NCBI RefSeq assembly: GCF_001194135.2
Contig: NC_069006.1
Span: 4,684,718 to 4,739,649, forward strand
Length of the DNA stretch: 54,932 bases
Reading direction: 5' to 3'
DNA from: Octopus bimaculoides
Taxonomy: Eukaryota
A program made the position numbers and the translations under genes. This document shows, one piece after another, positions 34,578 to 46,620 of the stretch; within the stretch, counting starts at the first letter, position 1; every line of letters begins with the position of its first letter. The notes below the pieces were generated by a model. It did no database searches. It was not told where the DNA came from and saw nothing but the letters and a program-made list of their open reading frames with translations.

Positions 34578-35570
34578 CATGGGTCTAAGCTGTAGTCTAG
34601 TCACCCGCATAGTCAACCAGGTGATACACGAAGGAGTCATACCCAGTGACTGGTGTAGCAGCACCATAGTCAACTGCTATAAAGGTAAAGGTGACGCTTT
34701 AGATACAAATAATTACAGAGGTATCAAGTTGTTGGATCAGGTGATGAAAGTCACGGAGAGGGTCATATCCCAACTAATTAGAGAGAGAGTCAGTTTAGAT
34801 GAGATGCAGTTTGGGTTCGTGCCTGGGAAAAGCACCACTGATGCTATATTTCTGGGAAGACAGCTGCAGGAGAAATACCTAGCCAAGGATAAACCTCTGT
34901 ACCTGGCTTTCGTTGACACGGAGAAAGCCTTTGACAGGGTCCCCCGATCCCTTATCTGGTAGTCAATGCAGAAACTAAGGATATATGAGTGGTTAGTGAG
35001 GGATGTACAAGCCATGTACAGGGATGCTATCAGTATGGTGAGGGTGGGAGTGGATGCTCTGAGAGGCGTAGCTGCTAGAATCAGCATAGCCTGGGCAAAG
35101 TTCAGAAAGCTCCTACCTCTGCTGGTAACAAAGGGCCTCTTGCTCAGAGTGAAAGTATACTGTATGATGCCTGTGTGTGAACAGCCATGCTATATGGCAA
35201 GGAAACATGGGCTGTGACTGTTGAGGACATATGTAGGCTTGAAAGAAATGAAGCTAGTATGCTCTGCTGGATTTGTAATGTCAGTGTGGATGCACGACAG
35301 AGTATAAGCGCTCTGAGAGAAAAGTTGGACATCAGAAGTATCAGATGTGGTGTGCAAGAGAGACGACTGCACTGGTATGGTCATGTGATGCATATGGATG
35401 AGGACAGGTAGAGCCAGGAAGACATGGGATTGAGGTGATGAAGCATGACCTTTAAACGTTGGGCCTCACAGAGGCTATGACAAGCAACCGAGACCTTTGG
35501 AGATATGCTGTGCTTGAGAAGACCTGGCAAGCCAAGTGAGATCGGGACTGTGGCCGATGCCAGTACCACC
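34578..35570 (+). mobile_element. RTE-clade LINE, 5' truncated with internal deletion, reaching the 3' end
   Basis: CYKGKGDALDTNNYRGIKLLDQ...MQFGFVPGKSTTDAIF...DTEKAFDRVPR; then MLYGKETW...QERRLHWYGHVMHMDED. Confidence 0.92.
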
Positions 35571-35838
35571 AGTATATGTGTATCTTTGTGTCTATATTTG
35601 TCCTTCCCCGGTTGCTTGACAACCAGTGTTGGTATGTTTACGTCCCCCATAACTTAGCACTTTGGCAGAAGAGACCGATAGAATAAGTACCAGGTTTACA
35701 AAGAGTAAGTCCAGAGGTTGATTTCTTCAACTAAAAGCAATGCTCCAGCATGGCCCCAGTCAAATGATTGAAACAAGTAAAAGAATATGTATATACACAC
35801 CCACACACATAAATATGTACCCCTTCTTATTCCACATG

Positions 35839-35872
<34 letters not shown>

Positions 35873-35989
35873 TCACGTATAATAATATACATACACATGC
35901 ATATATATCATCACCCTATGTTTTAAATCTGGGTTTTGTCCCCATTAACAGGGGTGGCTGGATCTACCTCAATGCCATAGCAACTGCCC

Positions 35990-36400
35990 TCACACCATCT
36001 CGCCCGGTTTTAGGCGTCCTCCCTCCTCAAGCTAACCCTCCCAATCTCCTCCTCCACCTGTCCCCTCCACCTTTTCCTCGGCCTACCTCGCTTTCGCTGT
36101 CCATTCACCTCAAACTCAGGCACCCTCCTCAGAACATGCCACTCATCCCTCCTCAACACATGCCCATACCACCACACTCCATTCGCCCTTGCCAGCCGTT
36201 CCACTGATTCCTCCAGCCCCCAGCATCCCCATCAAGACCTCAGTCCTCCTCTTATCAAACAGCTTCACCCCACACATTACTCTCTCGGTCCTTCTCAAAA
36301 TTGCCGTCTCTCTCTCCCTCGGATGCCATGTCTCACTCCCATACAGCATTGCAGCTCTCACACAACTCCTACAGACCCTTCCTTTCATCTTTCATCAGAA
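35990..36400 (-). mobile_element. RTE LINE 3' ORF fragment
   Basis: KGRVCRSCVRAAMLYGSETW...WYGHVLRRDE...KRGRPRKRW. Confidence 0.88.
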
Positions 36401-36483
36401 CCTTTTAATTCCACATATATACATACATACACATATGTATATACACACCCACACACATAACTATATACCCCTCTTTATTCCAG

Positions 36484-36543
36484 GACATCAACAAAAATGT
36501 AAAGACTGTTCAACAAACAGTGAAACCAGACAATTTATTTAAG
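36484..36543 (+). CDS. XRN1: XRN1 coding exon (DINKNVKTVQQTVKPDNLFK)
   Basis: tattccag acceptor, aag|gtaatt donor; 60 nt; matches KKVRVTVKPHLLYR. Confidence 0.9.
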
Positions 36544-37086
36544 GTAATTTACATTTTATTTCATTAATTTTTAAAATTTTGATCTCCATGGTTACCTTTT
36601 GAGGACAAGTCTGTCCAGTGCACCTTCTTACCATTTGTCAGTGCCATTCTTCTGGTCTTTGAGACTAACTTCCACCATTTCTACACTTTGCTCCCTCTAT
36701 CTTCATTGTTGCGATCGTCATTGTCTTAACATCTGCTTTTCCATGCTAGCATGGGTCAGACGGAATTGGTTGAGGTGAATTGTTTGTAGCCGGTTGCTCT
36801 TTCTGTTGCCAAGGAAAGTAAATATTTCTCCTCAGTGGCCGGACATGTTTTCATGGAAGATTGGAAATAGATATCACTGCTTGTGTGACAGTGACACTCC
36901 TTTACAGCTATCATGCATTGTCAAGATAGACAAACAGGTATATCTATATATCTATGGGTTGTAAATTGCAAATAAGCCACCCTTATTATTTATTATTTTC
37001 ACTTTTACCATTTATGAAATCAGCGTGAGGTTTCTACAGTAACTCTTATAAACTGACCTGATGAACCATTTTAACCCTAGGCAGCT

Positions 37087-37148
37087 GGGTAAGAGCCACT
37101 GATGAGCATTAATATAGACGTGAAATCACTGGTGATCTTGCTATGCCC
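37087..37148 (+). ncRNA. degenerate type I hammerhead ribozyme motif
   Basis: gggtaagagcca CTGATGA gcattaatatagacgt GAAA tcactggtgaT C ttgctatgccc: intact core, stem III ATCAC/GTGAT, AUC triplet, imperfect stems I and II. Confidence 0.55.
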
Positions 37149-37329
37149 TGGGTGCTGTAGGGAGCTTGCCTCTCTTGTCAGTCATAAGATAAGTGCTTTA
37201 TCATGGCTAAAAGTTGTTTTGGCTGTTATTTCCAGCAATGCTGGTGCTTGCTTGTACCCTTAGTCACTCCAGTGATGTCTGTCGTTCTGCCTTTCGCTTG
37301 TAAATTGCAATTAAGTCGCTTTTATTATA

Positions 37330-37563
37330 CAGGGTGTGGCAGAAAGGTTACCCTGATTTTCAAAGGTTAATAATAAAAAAAACACATGAGGTACAAGAAA
37401 AAATTATGCTCTCCACTCCAGGCCATGGTGGGTACTACCTGAAAAGGAAAAAAAAAATGGCATTTAATGTACTTTATAGAAATACAAAGTTTTTCCATGC
37501 ATCTTCATGTGTTTGTTTGTTTTTTCACCTTTGAAATCGGGGCAACCTTTCTGCCACACCTTA
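37330..37563. mobile_element. Tc1/mariner-type MITE
   Basis: TIR cagggtgtggcagaaaggttaccctgattttcaaagg mirrored at the right end; left TA. Confidence 0.85.
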
Positions 37564-37573
37564 TGTGTATATA

Positions 37574-37612
<39 letters not shown>

Positions 37613-39121
37613 GCGAGTAAAAATAAATACAAAAAAGGGGTTTTGTATGATTGTGTATAGAGGAATATATTATTTTGTTTAAAAGAGTTCCAACACTGTC
37701 TGTTTTTTATGTTTTATTTATATTCCTGCAAAACCAATGTGGGATATAGAATATGGAATATACAATATATAATATAATATACAATATATAATATAAAATA
37801 AAAATGGATGGTACTATGAATGTCTTATTGAATATATGGAATATGTCTTATTGAATAGATGAAATATTGAGTGTTCAATATAAAGGATTAAATATATAAA
37901 GGCGAATACGTATTTTCTATACCTTGTGGTATTTCATCATGGCCGGTATGACAGACTTTAACAGACTGGAAATTTTAAATCCAAATACAGTTAATTCTGC
38001 TTAATTACCTACTGGATAATTTCATAAGCTGGTTAGTTTCATCACTTTTCAACACAAAACTGACCTCACTTTTGCTGGTACCATGTAAAAAACACCAAGT
38101 CCCATTCTGCTGGGTGATTGGTGTTAGGAAGGGCATCCAGCTGTAAAACCCTGCCAAAACTGACACAGTAGCCTGGGGTAGTCTTCCAGCCTCCTGTCAA
38201 ACTGTCCAACCCATGCCAGCATGGAAAATGGACATAAAACGATCATGATATATATGTATATATGACGGGCTTCTTTCAGTTTCTATCTATGAAATACACT
38301 CATAAATATTTTGGTCATCCTGGGGCTGTAGTGCTGTTAGTACTCCACTGGCACAGGTGCCAGTCATCGAGTATGGTTCAATTACGATTTCACTTACCCC
38401 AACAGGTCTTCACAAGCAGAGTTTAGTGTCCAATGAAGGAGAGGTTTGCATGGGTGCCAGTCGTTGGATTTGGCCCAGTTCTTATTTTTTTAAAGCTTGG
38501 TACTTATTCTATTGGCCTCTTTTTTTTCTGAACTGTTTATTCCCCCACCCAACCATTTAACAACTAGTGTTGGGGTGGGGGAATAAACACAGACATAAAG
38601 CTACACACACACACACACATATAGTGACTGAGATCTTTGGCGATATGTTGTGCTTGAGAAGACATGTCAAGACAAGTGAAATCGTAGTCGTGACTGATAC
38701 TGGTATTATGTAATTGGCACCTGTGTTGGTGGCACAGAAAATGCACCTTTCGAGTGTTGGGCCTTACAGAGGCAAAATGGCTGATGCCAGTGGCACGTGA
38801 AAAGCTCCTTTCCAGTGTTGGGCCTCCTGGAGGCAACAACTAAGACATTTGGCATTATGTTGTGCTTGAGAAGACCCTCCCAGCCAAGTAAAATTGCAGT
38901 CGTGGCAGATACTGGTGTCGCACAAATGGCACCCGTGCCAGTAGCATGTAAAAGCAGCCATTACACTCGTGGAGTGGTTCGTGTTAGGAAGGGCATCCAG
39001 CCATAGAAACTATGCCAAAGTAGACTGGACTCTGGTACAGTTCCCCAGCTTAGCAGCCCTGGTCAAACTGTCCAACCCATACCAGCATGGACAACAGACA
39101 CTAAATGATGATGATGATGAT

Positions 39122-39167
<46 letters not shown>

Positions 39168-39682
39168 CATATTGTTGCTATTATGCAAAAGTGTCGTAAG
39201 TCCAAAATGTTACTATTTCAGAAAACGAAAAAATAGTTTCACCATTCCATAGCAAGACCGTTGTACTACACTCTGACAATTTTTCATATCTTGGCATCTG
39301 AAACAACTGGAGATACAATAGTTTGACCAAAAGAGCTGGCTATTGCAAGCAAAACTAAATATTGGAAAAAAACGCATTTGTCTAAATTTGTACATGTGAC
39401 AGTTTAACATAATAGCAATGATATATGAATGCTGGGGTCAATGTATCAAGTAGCTCTTTTCCATCAAATTTCAGGCTTTGTGCTCCAAAGAATTATTATT
39501 ATTAATGATATTAAGCATTTCTTCCTGCTCTTTACATTCTGAGTTCAAATCCCACTGAAGTCGACTTTGTCGTTCATTCTTTCTGGATCAATAAGACAAG
39601 CACCAGTTGAGTTCTGGCAGGGAGATGTAATCAGCTTAACACCTCTCACAAAATTTCAGGCCTTGTGCTTATAATAGAAAGG

Positions 39683-39724
<42 letters not shown>

Positions 39725-39932
39725 ATTAATTAAGCTGGCAGAATCATTAGCATGCTGGATGAAATGCTTGGCAGTATTTTGCCCATCGCTACAGTCTGGG
39801 TTCAAATTCCGCTGAGTTCAACTTTGCCTTTCATCCTTTTGAGCTCGATAAATTAAATACCAGTGAAATACTGGGGTTGATGTAATTGACTAGTCCCCTC
39901 CCCCAAAATTTCAGGCCTTGTGACTTTAGACA

Positions 39933-40300
39933 TCATCATCATCATCATTGTTTAATGTCTGCTTTCCATGCTAGCATGGGTTGGACGGTTTGACTGGGGA
40001 CTGGCAAGCCAGGAGGCTGCACCAGGCTCCAATCTGATCTGGCAAGGTTTCTACAGCTGGATGCTCTTCCTACTGCCAACCACTCTGAGAGTGTAGTGGG
40101 TGCTTTTTACGTGCCACCGACATGGGAGCCAGTTAGGCGGCACTGGCATTGGCCAATTTTGGATGGTGCTTTTTACATGCTACCTGCACAGGGTCCAATC
40201 GAGGCAGTGAGGGCTGGCATTGACCATGTTTGGATGGTGCTTATTGCATGCCACCAGCGCAGGGAGCCAGTCAGGCGGCACTGGCATCAGCCAAATCCTG
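39933..40300 (-). mobile_element. RTE-tailed SINE / RTE 3' UTR family with (TGA)n tail, representative copy
   Basis: (cat)n gtttaacgtccgctttccatgctagcatggg...ctacagctggatgcccttcctaacgccaacc; roughly 20 copies across the window (e.g. 323-660, 1292-1525, 8985-9245(+), 10769-11035, 16688-16848, 23530-23985(+), 26778-26995, 41733-42052, 49146-49400(+), 51737-51880). Confidence 0.85.
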
Positions 40301-40933
40301 CATCATTTTACTGTGCAGAGGTTCTCAACATGGATGGTACCGCCCCTCCAAGGGGCACGTCAGAGAAAAGATTTGGCTTTAGGGGGCAGTGAGGTAGCAT
40401 AATTAACCTGCTAAATTTTACCTATGGTAATAATTATATTATTGCTATATTTTGGGTTGGTCTTTTTGTTTTTTTTGTCAAATAAAACACACACACAAAA
40501 AAAACAACCATCCTGAAATAAAACAATATCTGTTTCAACAAATGGCTTTTCACATCAGGAATCTTGTAACACTCGTTTGTAAAAGTGATTATATTACACA
40601 TGATAAAACTAATAATGGCTGTTAAAATAAAATGAGATTTCCTCAAGCACAGGGAGGTCATTAATTTGCAATGAATAAAGTGTATTTACAACTTCTATCT
40701 TCATTAATTTTTTTATCATTTCATTGTTAAAAGAAGCTTATAGAATCCATTTTCAGAATATAACTTATAAATTATCATCCATGTTAAGTCTGTATAGTTG
40801 TGAAACCTGACTTTGTCACTTAGGTGGGTGCTGGGCATAACAACTACTTAAAGGGGTGGGTTGACTACAAAACAAAAGGTTAAGAACCAATGTTTTAGAC
40901 TCTGCTTTAATGAAAAATAATTTTCCATTGCAG

Positions 40934-41139
40934 CCCATCGCATCAGTGAGCAATGTTATACCTGATTCTAATGTGGAGTACAAGTTGTTTGACCGTATTA
41001 TAAACATCCGCAAAGGACTAGGGTCTCTGCCATTTAGCTTGAGGGGGACGGTGGTTGGTATCCATCCAGGGGATAAACCATTCTCGACCATCTACGACAT
41101 CCTGTTTGATGAAGAATTCTCAAAGGCTGTTGAATTGGG
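40934..41139 (+). CDS. XRN1: XRN1 coding exon (PIASVSNVIPDSNVEYKLFDRIINIR...LRGTVVGI...YDILFDEEFSKAVEL)
   Basis: cattgcag acceptor, gg|gtaagt donor; LFDR, LRGT and LFDEEF motifs. Confidence 0.96.
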
Positions 41140-41932
41140 GTAAGTCTTTTGTTTCTTCTTCTTTTCATGTCTGAAAGGTGCAGCTGTGGCTGTGAGCTGA
41201 AGAGATTCGCTTCCCGACCACAGGGTTTGGGGTTCAGTCCCACTGTATGGCACCTTGGGAAAGTGTCTTTTACTATAGTCCCTGGGCCAACCAAAACCTT
41301 GTGACTGCATTTGGTAGATGGAAACTGTGTGGAAGTCCATGTGTGTTTAATAATAATAATAATAAACGCAAAATTCTGTCTGTCTGGGACTCTTGTATCT
41401 CAGTCTCCATTTTCTCTGCAGAGACATACCTTTTTTGGACTCGGGATGATGACAGGGGGATAGCTGGACAGAACTGGGAAAGAGTTGCAAAAAATGCTTT
41501 GTAGTACTTGTATTAACTCTTTGCAGTCTGAGTTCTAATCCTGCTGAGTAACTTTAACTTTTGTCATTTTGGGGGGAAAACGGGGAAATGATAAAATGAA
41601 ACACCATTTGAATACTGTGGTTAATGTAATCAAGTCCTTTCTTCTAAAATTGCTAGCCTTGTGCCAAAATGTTGTTGTTGTTGCTGTTACTATTGTTAAC
41701 CCTTTAACATTCTGATTACTCTCTGTCAAATATCATCATCATCATCATTGTCATTTACTGTCTGCTTTCCATGCTGGCATGAGTTGGACGGTTTGACTGA
41801 GGACTGGCAAGCCAGGAGGCTGCACCAGGCCCCAATCTGATTTGGCAAGGTTTCTACAGCTGGATGGCCTTCCTAACGCCAACCACTCCAAGACTGTAGT
41901 GGGTGCTTTTTATGTTCGACAGGCACGGGAGC

Positions 41933-42052
41933 CAGTCAGGTGACACTGGCATCGGCCATGCTTGAATGGTGCCTTTTATGTGCCACCGGCATGGGTTCCA
42001 GTCAGGTGACACTGGCATCGGCCATGCTTGAATGGTGCCTATTATGTGCCAC
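41933..42052. repeat. 66-bp tandem unit inside a SINE, continuing into a gap
   Basis: cagtcaggtgacactggcatcggccatgcttgaatggtgcc at 41933 and 41999. Confidence 0.85.
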
Positions 42053-42352
42053 NNNNNNNNNNNNNNNNNNNNNNNNNNNNNNNNNNNNNNNNNNNNNNNN
42101 NNNNNNNNNNNNNNNNNNNNNNNNNNNNNNNNNNNNNNNNNNNNNNNNNNNNNNNNNNNNNNNNNNNNNNNNNNNNNNNNNNNNNNNNNNNNNNNNNNNN
42201 NNNNNNNNNNNNNNNNNNNNNNNNNNNNNNNNTTTGCCTTTTGTTCTTTCGGGAATGAGAGAATAAGTAACAGTTGGGCCCTGGGGTCAATGTAATTGAC
42301 TTAGCACCCGACCTTAAAAAAATGTCAAGGCCTTGTGCCTATTGTAGAAAGG

Positions 42353-42390
<38 letters not shown>

Positions 42391-42637
42391 GGTGGCAGAA
42401 CTGTTAGAACACCAGGCGAAATCCTTAGCGGTATTTCATCTGTCTTTACGTTCTGAGTTCAAACTCTGCCAAGGTCAACTTTGCCTTTCATCCTTTCTAG
42501 ATTGATGAATTAAGTACCAGTTATGCACTAGGGTTGAGGTAATCGACTCGCCCCCTTCCCCCAAAAATTTTCAAGGCCTTGTGCCTATAGCAGAAATAAT
42601 TATTATTTAATTATTTATTTATTTATTTATTTACTTA

Positions 42638-42671
<34 letters not shown>

Positions 42672-42677
42672 TTGCAG

Positions 42678-42882
42678 CAATGTACCGAACTGTGGCTATC
42701 ATCTTACCACCCATGATATGATGAACTTGTCGTATGGGAAGCATCTAAACCAACCTACAATGACCAGCCCATTCCCAGCACGTACCTCCCAATATGCCAA
42801 CCAGAACCAATCCGCAAGGCCCACATATTCCGGTAATCAGACCCAACGGAAAGTTACGGTGAACAACCAGAATAACTCCAGA
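42678..42882 (+). CDS. XRN1: XRN1 coding exon (NVPNCGYHLTTHDMMNLSYGKHLNQP...NNQNNSR)
   Basis: tttgcag acceptor; GYxL...NLSxG motif; donor aga|gtacgt chosen because it gives phase 0 to match the next exon, but alternative donors exist. Confidence 0.85.
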
Positions 42883-43196
42883 GTACGTAGTTGTTGTAGT
42901 TGTTGTTGTTGTTGTTGTTGTTGTTGTTGGCTTCTATTGCTTTTTTCTTTTCCTTTTTTCTTTGTTTTTAGTTTCTGTTCAGTTCTTTTATCTTTTGTTT
43001 TAGTCATTGGACTGTGGCCACACTGGGGCACCACTTTGAAAAGGCTTTAGTCAAACGAATCGACCCCAGTACTTATGGGGTTTTTTAAAAATCTTTTTCA
43101 AGTCTGGTACTTATTCTGTTGGTGACCTTTTGTTGAATTGCTAAGTTACGAGAACGTAAACAAACCAACACCAGGTGTCAAGTTGTGATGGGTGAT

Positions 43197-43239
<43 letters not shown>

Positions 43240-43634
43240 ACAGACTTCCACAGAGTTTCCATTTGCCAAATTCACTCACAAGGCATTGGTGTGCCTAGGT
43301 CTCTAGAAGAAGTCACTTGACCAAGGTGCCACACAGTGGGACTGAACCTGAAAACACAAGCTTACAAAGCAAGCTTCACCTCACAGCCATGCTTGGACCT
43401 GTCTAACCGTGTGTGTGTTACCAATCCATCCTCACTACTTGAGAATAAGTTTTAGTTGGTTTACGTCTCAATAACTTAGCGAATCAGCAAAAGAGACTGA
43501 TACAGTAAATACCAGACTTTAAAAAAAGAAATGAAAAGAAAGAAAAACCCCCAAATATTGGGGTTGATTTCTACAGCTAAAACCCTTCGAGATTATGCTG
43601 CAGCATGGCCACAGTGCAATGACTGAAACAAGTA

Positions 43635-43667
<33 letters not shown>

Positions 43668-43907
43668 ATACAGAAACTACATGGGGGTGTTTGGGAAGTG
43701 TGAGGCATGTTACTTGGCTGAACCAAATCCCCTAAAACAGTAACCCCATAGCTGTTAGGTCCCATAAAAGTAGGGCCCCTGGGGGGAGGGGGTTCTCTCT
43801 CTTTTTCTATACCATTCTAAAAGGAAATGTTAAGAATTAGAAGAATTACCCTAATATAACCGTTTAGCATTTAAAGTAGGGTATCCGACTGTAATAATCA
43901 CTGGAAT

Positions 43908-44213
43908 AATTTAGCGCCTTCAGACTATCATCTCTTTGGCCCCATGAAAGAGGGTTTGAGAGGCAAACATTATTCCATTGACGAAGAAGTGAAAACTGTA
44001 GTGAAGAAGTGGCTCAAAGAACAGTCAACAGAATTTTACGGGGCTCTCATTCGAAGGTGGAACATTGCTATTGAGAGAAACGGTAACTATGTTGAGGAGT
44101 AGGGATGTGATCCACAGAGGACCAGCTTCATTTTGATGTATGATACATGTTCCTGTGTTGGTAATTATACCTGTCCTAAACAAAATGGCATTACTTTTTG
44201 ACTCACCCTCATA
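43908..44213 (+). mobile_element. mariner (DD34D-type) 3' fragment with TIR
   Basis: NLAPSDYHLFGPMKEGLRGKHY...WLKEQSTEFY...RWNIAIERNGNYVEE* followed by TIR ggcattactttttgactcaccctcata. Confidence 0.88.
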
Positions 44214-45639
44214 GAAAGATTTTAGTAAAAATCCCATTATGAGTTTATGTAAAAATACCTGAAAGAGAAGTGAGACACTTACCCTATTGTGTTCGTTTGG
44301 GCTGTTTGTGGAGAAACGGAAGAGTGATTGGACACCCTTTATAATATCCTGCATCTAGAATAGTCCATTTTGTGACTCGATCTTCATTTCGTTTTATAAT
44401 CTCAACTTCCAGTAATCCTTTCCACTATAGGCACAAGGCCTGGAATTTTTATCATCATCATTTTATCATTTTTATCATCATCGTCATTGCCATCATCATT
44501 TTTACATCTAGTCGATTACATTGACCCCAGTGTTTCACTGGTACTCATTCCATTGACCCCGCAAAGATGAAAGGCAAAAATCGATCTCAGTGAAATTTGA
44601 ACTCCAAACGTAAGGACAGATGAAATGCCACTTAGCATTTTGCACAACGTGATAACGATTCTGCCAACTTGCCACCTTCTTGACTTCCAGTAATAACAGT
44701 AATTGTATGAAATTTTCAATCGAAAACCTAGTTTCAATCTGTCTCACCACAAAACCCCTGCCTCTGGTATGCTTACATGTTTATAACCAGTTGTTAAGCT
44801 CAAGACACCAGGCTTACAGTAAGTAACTTTCCTTGGCTTAGTTTTCTGAGATTGAAATGTGTGCTAATTTATTCAAGATGGCTGTTCCCGTACCTGTTGC
44901 TAAGGGGGTAGGGGACACTGGATGGCACTGCCCCCTAACTATTCAATGATGCACCCTCAGAATTAGAAAATCTTCCTGCAATTCATTTTTTGAAGTCTGA
45001 CTAACATGCCCGTCGGTAAGGGGGAGCACTGTATGGCACTGCCCCCGGTGCACCCTCAGATTTAGAAAATACAGTTTGCAAAAATCTTCCTGCAATCCAA
45101 TTAGTGACCCCAGAATATTTTGAGGCACCCCAAGGCACCAAAGTTTGGCGATGGGCCTTACTGTCCCTATACACAAAATGTGCCTGGCAATCCTTCAGTA
45201 TTGGTAGACAACATCATTCACCCACACGATCTTCCCTCGTGACAAAGAGAAAGAGGCTGAGTTGAAAAAGTGGGTGAATGATGTCGTCTCCTCACACCAT
45301 CACTCTGTAGACCAATATCGAAGGAACGCCTCCCCCCTCCTCTGCCCTTGCCTTTTTTCATATTGAAGTTGTGTAGAAGTGTTATTTATATGCAAGTCAT
45401 CATCATCATCATCATCATCGTTGTCATTGTCATTATTGTCTTATTTTTATCATCATCATCGTCGTCATCATTGTTGTTATTGCCGTCATCATTTTTACAT
45501 CTTGTTGCCAGTGCTGGACGCTTCTTCTCCAACACAGCATCTTCACATTTGTTCTTCCTTTGTCGTCTCTTGTGTAAGGTTTAGCTTCCTGGAAGCCATC
45601 ATCACTCATCTCCACATCTTGATCGTCGTCGTCTTCCAT

Positions 45640-46200
45640 TCTATCCTTCCATATGGCACTTCTTCACCCATCTCTCATCATTCATATGCATCACACATCC
45701 ATTCCAATCTCACCATTTCTGCTGCACACTACCATCATCGGTTCCTTTTATACCCAGATCTTCCTCTCAGCTCGTCTATGCTTTGCCGTTTGTGCCCATT
45801 TAACATCACACATCTTGTGGATCACACTCACATCATTCTTTGCCAACCTTCGCACATCCTCTGCATTCAGAACCCATGTCTCACTACCATGCAGCATCAC
45901 CATTCATACCCAAAGCATCGTACAACCTACCATTCACTCGGAGAGAAAATCTCATTAGCAGAGATAAGTAAACAAAACATCATCGACAGAGGTAATAGTT
46001 TCCCAAATTCTCTTCATCTGATTCTAATTCTGGCTACAACACTTTCAGTACACTTGCCCCACTCCCCACTAGGTCTCCTAGGTAACAGAACCCCTTATCA
46101 ACTACTTCTACAGAGCCTATTAAATATTACAAGGAACTTACTTTATTGGTGTTCTAAGGGCTCGCTGTTCCTGCACACCTGTCACAGGTAAAGATTCTAT
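45640..46200 (-). mobile_element. degraded RTE LINE fragment
   Basis: Minus strand LYDA...MLHGSETWVLNAEDVRRL pattern with stops. Confidence 0.65.
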
Positions 46201-46339
46201 TCACTGTCAGCCTGTCTTTGTTTTCCCTACACCTTGCACCCCTTTAGACTGCATAGAGCACACCAGGTGGAATTCTTGTCCAACTCCTTATCTGCGTATT
46301 GGGGACACAGCTGATATGGCAATTTCAAAAACATGTCTC

Positions 46340-46620
46340 TCTCAGGTTTTGACTCGAAGAATTCATGGAACCACATTTTCAGTTCCAAATCATTGTTGAA
46401 CCAAACACCCCACAGAGTGTCAGAGAGCGACCCCAAAAGGTGATATTTCAGGAGAATATGGCAAGCATGGTAGAACTTCCCAACTAAGCTCCTGAGTCGT
46501 ATTTTTTGTCAAATTAGCATGGGGCAGGGGTGAGTGTTGTCATGTTAAAGAAACGCATCATGTTGCTGGTCGGGTCATTTCAGTCAGATTGCCCATCAAA
46601 TGAAGGCAACAGTATCATGA
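46340..46620 (-). mobile_element. degraded mariner transposase fragment
   Basis: Minus strand HDN...YHLLGSLSDTLWGVWFNNDLELKMWFHEFFESKP with frameshifts. Confidence 0.7.

Noticed and set aside
45208-45275. Possible extra tail exon (TTSFTHTIFPRDKEKEAELKKW)
   Set aside because: Open and phase-compatible, but weak acceptor and no homology; unsupported without RNA data.
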